41,587 nt of DNA from the NCBI GenBank assembly GCA_020051675.1, contig JAGVQN010000023.1, positions 1 through 41,587 on the forward strand. Direction: 5' to 3'. Below the pieces are notes generated by a model, which made no database searches, had not been told where the DNA came from, and saw only the letters and a list, made by a program, of their open reading frames with translations. Made by a program: the position numbers and the translations under genes. Positions 35,469 through 41,587 of this stretch are shown one piece after another. The first letter of the stretch is position 1, and every line of letters starts with the position of its first letter. This DNA comes from Candidatus Brocadiia bacterium. GTDB lineage: Bacteria > Planctomycetota > MHYJ01 > JACQXL01 > JACQZI01.

Positions 35469-37159
35469 AAGTTATTCCGACGACCCTAAAGGTTAAAGAC
35501 CTTCCGCCGACCGCCATTTCTATGTCCAATATGCTCTTTAATAAAACCGGCTCCTGGCGTAATTATAAACCTGTCTATGATGAAAAACTGCCGCCCTGCA
35601 ACGCAACCTGCCCGTCAGGCGAAAAGATACAGGGCTATCTCTACCTCGTAAAGAATAACAAATTTGCCGAGGCATGGCAGCTCATCAAACAGGATAATCC
35701 ACTGCCGGCCGTCTGCGGGCGCGTCTGCTTCCACCCATGCGAAGTGGAATGCAACCGCAACGATTATGACGAGTCTGTCGGAATCCATAATGTCGAACGC
35801 CTTATCGGCGATTACGGACTCAGGCATAATTTGCGTGTCAAAATAGGGATTAAAAAGAAACAGCAAATCGCTATTATCGGCGGCGGACCGGCCGGAATAT
35901 CTGCGGCTTATCACCTCGCACGGATGGGTTATAAGCCGACTATATTCGAAGCGGAAAGGCAACTGGGCGGCATGCTCCAATATGGAATCCCCTCTTACCG
36001 CCTGCCTAAAAACATATTGCAAAAAGAAATAAATTCCATCATAAAAATGGGCGTGAAGGTAAAAACCGGAATGCGCGTCGGCAAGAACCTCTTTATCGAA
36101 GAACTCGCCAAGAAATACCATGCCGTCCTCATCGCCACCGGAGCATATAAGGAAAGAAACCTCGATATCCCTGGAGAGGAAGCACGCGGCGTAATCGGCG
36201 CGCTCGATTTCCTGCATGAAGCAAACCTGCCTCGCCGGCAGGCGGGTTCCGGGAAAAAGCCCACAATATCCAAAGACGTCGTTATCATCGGAGGCGGCAA
36301 CGCGGCAATGGACGCGGCCAGGAGCGCCTTAAGAATGGGCGCTCATCCAAAGGTCATCTACCGCCGGACCAGGAACGAAATGCCCGCCATCCCGGATGAA
36401 ATACGCGATACCGAAGAGGAAAAAATAGATTTCATCTTCTTGGCCGCCCCGGTAAAAGTAATCACTAAAAACAATAAAACTGTCGCGCTAGAATGTATCA
36501 GGATGAAACTCGGTTCAGCCGATTCTTCCGGGCGCCGTAAACCCATCCCGGTTAAAGGCTCCAACTTCCGTATAAAAACCGGCACCATCATAAAAGCCAT
36601 CGGTGAATCTCCCGAAACAAGCTTTATCCCGGCAAGTCTCCTTAAAGACAATCTGGTCTGCACAGATAAATGGGGAATGACCGCACAAAACAATATATTC
36701 GCGGCGGGCGATGCAGTTACCGGTCCGAAAACGGTTGTGGAAGCCATCGGCGCTGGCAAACGCTCCGCACAGGCAATTGATAAATACGTAAGAACCGGGA
36801 AAGTTACGCATACGGAAATACCAGAAGTAAAACCCGTCCGGTTTGAACAGCTCAACACTGCTTATTTCGAACACGCCCCGCGCGTTTCGATGCCCCACCT
36901 CGAATTCAAGCAGCGGGTTAAGAGCACCAAAGAGGTGTATCTCGGCTACAAGCCCAATGAAGCCATAACCGAATCAGATCGCTGTTTTAGCTGCGGAGTC
37001 TGTAACTTCTGCGATAACTGCTGGGTCTTCTGCCCGGATATGGCCGTAATAAAGAAGAAGAATAAATACGAATTCAATTACGATTACTGCAAAGGATGCG
37101 GCATCTGCGCCTCTGAATGCCCGCACAACGTAATTTCATTAGTGGAAGAAAAGAAATGA
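35453..37159 (+). CDS. Delta-subunit (2x[4Fe-4S]) / GltD-like FAD-NAD(P) oxidoreductase fusion
   Basis: N-terminal KTGSWR..KP; PPCNATCP and CGRVCFHPCE..C clusters; IIGGGPAG, IIGGGNAAMDAAR, FAAGD; C-terminal CNFCDNCWVFCP and CKGCGICASECP. Confidence 0.88.
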   Translation: MQSKIKVIPTTLKVKDLPPTAISMSNMLFNKTGSWRNYKPVYDEKLPPCNATCPSGEKIQGYLYLVKNNKFAEAWQLIKQDNPLPAVCGRVCFHPCEVECNRNDYDESVGIHNVERLIGDYGLRHNLRVKIGIKKKQQIAIIGGGPAGISAAYHLARMGYKPTIFEAERQLGGMLQYGIPSYRLPKNILQKEINSIIKMGVKVKTGMRVGKNLFIEELAKKYHAVLIATGAYKERNLDIPGEEARGVIGALDFLHEANLPRRQAGSGKKPTISKDVVIIGGGNAAMDAARSALRMGAHPKVIYRRTRNEMPAIPDEIRDTEEEKIDFIFLAAPVKVITKNNKTVALECIRMKLGSADSSGRRKPIPVKGSNFRIKTGTIIKAIGESPETSFIPASLLKDNLVCTDKWGMTAQNNIFAAGDAVTGPKTVVEAIGAGKRSAQAIDKYVRTGKVTHTEIPEVKPVRFEQLNTAYFEHAPRVSMPHLEFKQRVKSTKEVYLGYKPNEAITESDRCFSCGVCNFCDNCWVFCPDMAVIKKKNKYEFNYDYCKGCGICASECPHNVISLVEEKK

Positions 37160-38313
37160 AAGAAGTAACCACCGGTAATCACGCGGTATCTTACGGCGCG
37201 ATGTTAAGCCGTGCGCAGGTAATCGCGGCATACCCGATTACCCCGCAGACCCAAATCGTGGAGTTACTCTCCAATTTCTGCGCCACAGGCAAGCTTAAAG
37301 CCAAGTTCCTTAAAGTGGAATCGGAACACTCAGTCATGGCGGCTTCTATCGGCGCATCCCTTGCCGGAGCGCGCGCCTTTACCGCCACCAGCGGACAGGG
37401 ACTCGCCTTAATGCACGAAATGATTCACTGGGCGGCTAACGGACGTCTCCCCATCGTCATGGCGGATGTCAACCGCTCCATGGCGCCGGGCTGGTCTATC
37501 TGGACCGACCAGAACGATTCGCTTTCCCAGCGCGATACCGGCTGGATACAGCTCTATTGCGAATCTTCCCAGGAAGTAACCGACAGCATCATCCAGGGAT
37601 TCAAAATCGCCGAAAAGGTCTACCTGCCGGTAATGGTCATCCTGGATGCATTTGTGCTGTCGCATACTTCGGAAGTGATAGATTTACCGGATATCAAACT
37701 GGTGGATAAATACCTGCCGCCCTTTAAAGCCCGCGATATGATGGACATGAAAAACCCGCGCGCCTTCGGCGGATTGGTCACGCCGGATTTTAACTTCGAA
37801 CTGAAATATAAAATACAGGAAGCCATGAACCAGACAATTCCGGTTGCCAAATGGGCGGACCGCGAATTCAAGCGTATTCTCGGCCGCTCCTACGGAATCA
37901 TCGAAGCCTATAAATGCGAAAAAGCCGATACGATTCTGGTCACTTCCGGTACGATTACCTCGACCAGCCGTTACGTAATAAACCAGTTGCACGCCCAGGG
38001 TAAAAAGAACGTCGGGATATTGAAAATTAGGATGTTCCGCCCCTTCCCGGCAAAAGAAGTCGTTGCGGTATTAAGCAAAGCCAAAAAGGTCGCCGTAATA
38101 GACCGCAATATCGGCTACGGAGTCGGCGGCATATTCTGCCAGGAAGTCAAAGCCGCTTTCGGGAATGAAAAGAAACACCCGGAATTCTTTAACTTCATTA
38201 CCGGCATCGGTGGGCGCGACGTTACCCCCAAGGATATCCAAGGAATTATTGATTATACCGAAACCCATAAAAAGCCCAAAGAGGATATTATCTGGGTAGG
38301 TCTAAGGAAATAA
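37156..38313 (+). CDS. porA: Pyruvate/2-oxoacid:acceptor oxidoreductase alpha subunit
   Basis: AAYPITPQT, VESEHS, TATSGQGLALMHE, RMFRPFP, GIGGRD; ATGA overlap at 37156-37159. Confidence 0.93.
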   Translation: MKEVTTGNHAVSYGAMLSRAQVIAAYPITPQTQIVELLSNFCATGKLKAKFLKVESEHSVMAASIGASLAGARAFTATSGQGLALMHEMIHWAANGRLPIVMADVNRSMAPGWSIWTDQNDSLSQRDTGWIQLYCESSQEVTDSIIQGFKIAEKVYLPVMVILDAFVLSHTSEVIDLPDIKLVDKYLPPFKARDMMDMKNPRAFGGLVTPDFNFELKYKIQEAMNQTIPVAKWADREFKRILGRSYGIIEAYKCEKADTILVTSGTITSTSRYVINQLHAQGKKNVGILKIRMFRPFPAKEVVAVLSKAKKVAVIDRNIGYGVGGIFCQEVKAAFGNEKKHPEFFNFITGIGGRDVTPKDIQGIIDYTETHKKPKEDIIWVGLRK

Positions 38314-38316
38314 ATT

Positions 38317-39198
38317 ATGCGGAATGAAATACCGTTAGAAGAAAACCTGAATTCAGGGCATCTGGCATGTCCCGGCTGCGGCGGCTCTCTTTCCATGCGC
38401 CTTGCCTTAAAAGCGCTCGGCAGGAAAACATATCTGGTCCTGACCGCCTGCTGCTGGTCGATTATAGACGGTCCCTTCCCCTATTCCGCGGTTAAAATAC
38501 CATTGATGCATACGGCGTTTGAAACCGCCGGCTCGGCAGCCTCCGGCATACGAGCGGCGCTTGATATACTCGGCAAAAAAGATATCACCGTCATGGCATG
38601 GGCAGGCGACGGCGGCACGTTTGATATCGGGATACAGGCTCTTTCCGGCGCCGCGGAACGCAACGAGGATTTTATCTACTCCTGTTATGATAACGAGGCA
38701 TACATGAATACCGGCATCCAGCGCTCTTCAGGCACGCCCTGGGGCGCCTGGACCACAACCACCCCGGAAAGCAAAGGTGAGCAGAAAAAGAAAATCATGG
38801 AAATCATGGCCGCGCACCGGATTCCTTACGCCGCCACACTTTCTCCGGCTTATCCGGAAGATTTTATCAGGAAATACAAGAAAGCCAAATCAATCAAAGG
38901 CACTAAGTTCATGCACATACTTTCTCCCTGCCCGCCCGGATGGAAGACATCGTCAGAGCAATCAATGAAGCTCTCGCGGATGGCGGTTGAAAGCGGAGTC
39001 TTCCCGCTCTATGAAATAGAAAACGGGACAAAGTATACATTGAACAATCCGACCGCGGACTTTAAAATCAAGCCGATTAACGAATACATCTCGATGCAAG
39101 GGCGCTTCAGGCATCTCAACAAAGAGCAGATTAAGTTCATGCAGGAAAACGTCACCTCCGAATGGCAGCGGCTATTGCGCAAACTTAAATACGCTTAA
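38317..39198 (+). CDS. porB: Pyruvate/2-oxoacid:acceptor oxidoreductase beta subunit (TPP-binding)
   Basis: ACPGCG, GDGGTFDIG, DNEAYMNTGIQRS, SPCPPGW, QGRFRHL. Confidence 0.93.
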   Translation: MRNEIPLEENLNSGHLACPGCGGSLSMRLALKALGRKTYLVLTACCWSIIDGPFPYSAVKIPLMHTAFETAGSAASGIRAALDILGKKDITVMAWAGDGGTFDIGIQALSGAAERNEDFIYSCYDNEAYMNTGIQRSSGTPWGAWTTTTPESKGEQKKKIMEIMAAHRIPYAATLSPAYPEDFIRKYKKAKSIKGTKFMHILSPCPPGWKTSSEQSMKLSRMAVESGVFPLYEIENGTKYTLNNPTADFKIKPINEYISMQGRFRHLNKEQIKFMQENVTSEWQRLLRKLKYA

Positions 39199-39339
39199 TT
39201 AAGTTCCCTAACCTATAACTCTTCAACCTCTAACCTGTAACCACTTTAAACATTGACTCTTCCCACGGGAAAAGTAGAATATCAAATTAAGGATATCGGC
39301 AAGGCGTCTCCGGAATTATGATTAGAGAAAGGAGAAAAA

Positions 39340-39858
39340 ATGACCGAATTAGTGCCGGTTGAAAAGATAGAAAATAAAATATTACAGATAAGAGGTAAAA
39401 AAGTTATGCTTGATAGTGACCTGGCAAAACTATATGAGGTTCCGACTAAAGCCTTGAATCAAGCTGTAAAAAGAAATATAAAACGGTTCCCCGATGATTT
39501 TATGTTACGACTGACCAAAAACGAGAAAGATAAACTGGTCACAAATTGTGACCACCTTAAAGCATTGAAGTTTTCGCCACAATTGCCCTATGTTTTTACA
39601 GAACAAGGAGTAGCGATGTTATCCAGCGTTTTAAATAGCGAACGAGCCGTTATGGTAAATATTCAGATAATGCGTGCTTTTGTCAGCTTAAAAAGAGAAA
39701 TCTTAACTTATACCGCCTTAAAACGAAAGCTTGAGTCAATGGAAAAGAAGTATGATGTGCAATTCAAGGTGGTATTTGAAGCTATCAAACAGTTAATGGT
39801 ACCGCTTAAGGATGCGGAAGAAAAACCTAAGCCAAGAATCGGGTTTCATAGGAGTTAA
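39340..39858 (+). CDS. ORF6N-domain DNA-binding protein
   Basis: IRGKKVMLDSDLAKLYEV.TK.LNQAVKRN..RFP.DFM, FTEQGVAMLSSVLNS, C-terminal RIGF. Confidence 0.92.
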   Translation: MTELVPVEKIENKILQIRGKKVMLDSDLAKLYEVPTKALNQAVKRNIKRFPDDFMLRLTKNEKDKLVTNCDHLKALKFSPQLPYVFTEQGVAMLSSVLNSERAVMVNIQIMRAFVSLKREILTYTALKRKLESMEKKYDVQFKVVFEAIKQLMVPLKDAEEKPKPRIGFHRS

Positions 39859-39920
39859 TCCGCGGGAAATATAAAATATCAGGTAAGGCGTTCCTGGAAT
39901 TATCAGAAAGGAAAATTAAG

Positions 39921-40367
39921 ATGAAAAAGAAAAAACAAAGATATATTGAACCTTGGTATGCTGTTAAGTGCCTTTTTCAGAATCCAGAAACAAAAACAGG
40001 TCCCCGTCAGCGATATGAGGAAAGAATCATTTTAGTAAAATCAAATAACTTTCCAAACGCGTTAAAAAAGGCAGATAGAGAAGCAAAAAAATATGCGAAA
40101 GATTCTAGCAATTGCAAGTATGTCGGGAGAATCTGCGATTTTCATTTGTTTGACAATTATGTTGGAGACCTTACTGAAATATATTCAGAAATTAGAAGGA
40201 GCAATTTAAGCCCAAAGGAATATATCGCTAAATATTATCCGGAAGACAGACTGGATGATTGTGAAAAAGACGGCTTAACACATAGATGGTATAATAAAGA
40301 TAACAAAAACAGCGCTTGCTATGAGTGTAATGTTGTTAAACCAGGCAGATTATGGGAAGAAGAATAG
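39921..40367 (+). CDS. DUF4288-like protein with C-terminal Cys/His extension
   Basis: WYAVKCLF...YEERIILVK...A..KA...G..TEIYS; tail C-x6-H-x10-CxxC. Confidence 0.65.
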   Translation: MKKKKQRYIEPWYAVKCLFQNPETKTGPRQRYEERIILVKSNNFPNALKKADREAKKYAKDSSNCKYVGRICDFHLFDNYVGDLTEIYSEIRRSNLSPKEYIAKYYPEDRLDDCEKDGLTHRWYNKDNKNSACYECNVVKPGRLWEEE

Positions 40368-40395
40368 TGCTTTTCTGGGTAGTTCTGTCGATATC

Positions 40396-40473
40396 AGTAT
40401 AAAAAATACTGCCTCAAGTATACAAGATACTGATTCAAGTATAAGAAATACTTCTCTCAGTATAAACGATACC
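40396..40473. repeat. Four phased 15-bp palindromes AGTAT-N5-ATAC(T/C) at 21-bp period
   Basis: Starts at 40396, 40417, 40438 and 40459, directly before the SD of the next gene. Confidence 0.85.
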
Positions 40474-40484
40474 GAAGGGAGGGA

Positions 40485-41150
40485 ATGGCTATGAAAAGAG
40501 ATTATATCCCTGAAAGGGATGCTACATTTGATGAATGGCTTGCCAAATTCACTGGCTATGTATCGGCTCATTATGCGGAATTGGGCTTATCCGCTACGGA
40601 CAAGGATAATCTGGTTGCCGCTAATAACGATTGGAAAGCGAGCTTTTCCGCTCATCTAACGGCAAAGAACGCGGCCCGCGGCGCAAAGGCAACCAAAAAT
40701 AACAAGCGAAAAACGGCTGAATCGCTTGCCAGGAATCTTGCCCAACGGGCGACTGTTTATCCAGGGATAACAAATGACCGCCGCGCATCAATGGGCCTAA
40801 CGGTTCCGGATACCAATCCTACCCCGACCGCGCCGGAATATGTGGCAACTTTAAACCCGCCCCTTTTAGTTCTGGACTGGTCAGGACGCGGGCAGGTGGT
40901 GATTCATTTCGGAGTCAATCCGGAAAATGAAAAGGAGAATTCCAAGCCAAAGGATATTGCCGGCGTTAAGATATGGTATCGTATAGAGACTGGGGTGTGG
41001 ACATTTTTGGCGGACGATACCAACAGTCCTTATACGCATCAATTATCCATAACTGAGCCGGCGACTGTGGAATACAAGGCGCAGTGGTTTGATAAAAAGA
41101 TGCGCACCGGTCCTTTTGGCCAGACGGCTAAATGCGTTGTTACTCCGTAG
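40485..41150 (+). CDS. Hypothetical protein (helical N-domain, probable FN3/Ig-like C-domain)
   Basis: 221-aa ORF with SD GGGAGGG; C-terminal 'GVKIWYR...W.FLA.DT.SPY...EYKAQW...GP'; no signal peptide. Confidence 0.75.
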   Translation: MAMKRDYIPERDATFDEWLAKFTGYVSAHYAELGLSATDKDNLVAANNDWKASFSAHLTAKNAARGAKATKNNKRKTAESLARNLAQRATVYPGITNDRRASMGLTVPDTNPTPTAPEYVATLNPPLLVLDWSGRGQVVIHFGVNPENEKENSKPKDIAGVKIWYRIETGVWTFLADDTNSPYTHQLSITEPATVEYKAQWFDKKMRTGPFGQTAKCVVTP

Positions 41151-41349
41151 TCCTAATCAGAACGGTTAGTCGTGGATGGTAGGCGAACCCTACAACCCGT
41201 GAAATGCCGCTAGTTATAAAAACCTGCCGCAAGATAGGCATGGGCTGGAAAATATCATTAGACTGTCCCATCAATAATTAATTTCCAAAGAGAGATCTTA
41301 AATACTTCTTGTTTAACTTCTTTTCTTGATGCTTACGGAACAATAATCT

Positions 41350-41587
41350 CTACTTTTGAGAAATAACAAGCATCTCAAAATCCCCTGTCGTCAGCTTGTC
41401 GTTTCTTGAGTACGCCCCGAGCTTGGCGCCGAAAATATCGATTTTTTTATACCCCAACGTCTTTAAAAGCCATGTGAGTTCACTTGGCACATAGTAGCGC
41501 TCGTTACAGGTTAATTCCTTTTTAGTTCCCGCATCGTCCTCGAACACGACGGTGTTGTGGTCCCGGAACGTCATCAGATCGAAAGAA
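41350..41587 (-). CDS. Probable class I SAM-dependent methyltransferase, C-terminal fragment (5'-partial)
   Basis: ...FDLMTFRD...NERYYVPSELTWLLKTLGY..IDIFG...FEMLVISQK resembles methyltransferase C-termini; the frame stays open to the window end. Confidence 0.6.
   Translation of the reverse strand, partial: SFDLMTFRDHNTVVFEDDAGTKKELTCNERYYVPSELTWLLKTLGYKKIDIFGAKLGAYSRNDKLTTGDFEMLVISQK

Noticed and set aside
35453-37159. Glutamate synthase small subunit (gltD)
   Set aside because: No gltB is adjacent; the gene is translationally coupled within the por operon and fused to delta-subunit motifs.

Overview
Bacterial genomic window, most likely from an anaerobic PVC-superphylum organism, probably Planctomycetota. 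This is inferred from protein style only: LptD, a FabZ-like protein, a HEAT protein with a 'DTVTLKNG' N-domain, AcsC and PFOR. The left 24.5 kb is a cell-surface appendage island. (i) A giant minus-strand ORF (8700 to <1, at least 2900 aa, no stop in the window, so missing from the ORF track) encodes three LamG domains, a 7-blade beta-propeller inserted inside LamG-2 and at least 12 tandem Ig-like repeats. It lies downstream of a sigma54 promoter with two GTTAC-N6-GTAAC palindromes upstream. (ii) A complete but frameshifted single-ORF IS66 element (9368-11089, 8-bp target duplication). (iii) A non-coding 22-bp tandem array and an inverted-repeat mini-element that duplicates a -35 box. (iv) Two convergent minor type IV pilin/pseudopilin clusters, one with a 1411-aa pilin carrying an inserted Kelch-like propeller. 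The right part is mostly housekeeping: MoeB/ThiF, an HTH-PAS regulator, tRNA-Arg(CCG), LptD, Ugd, CoaD, FabZ-like, a phosphoesterase, a stand-alone AcsC, and a 2-oxoacid oxidoreductase operon whose delta subunit contains a GltD-like flavin module. It ends in small accessory genes with duplicated leaders and a phased palindrome array. Short palindromic and heptamer repeats are inserted in frame in several proteins. All calls come from manual motif reading; no database search was run.
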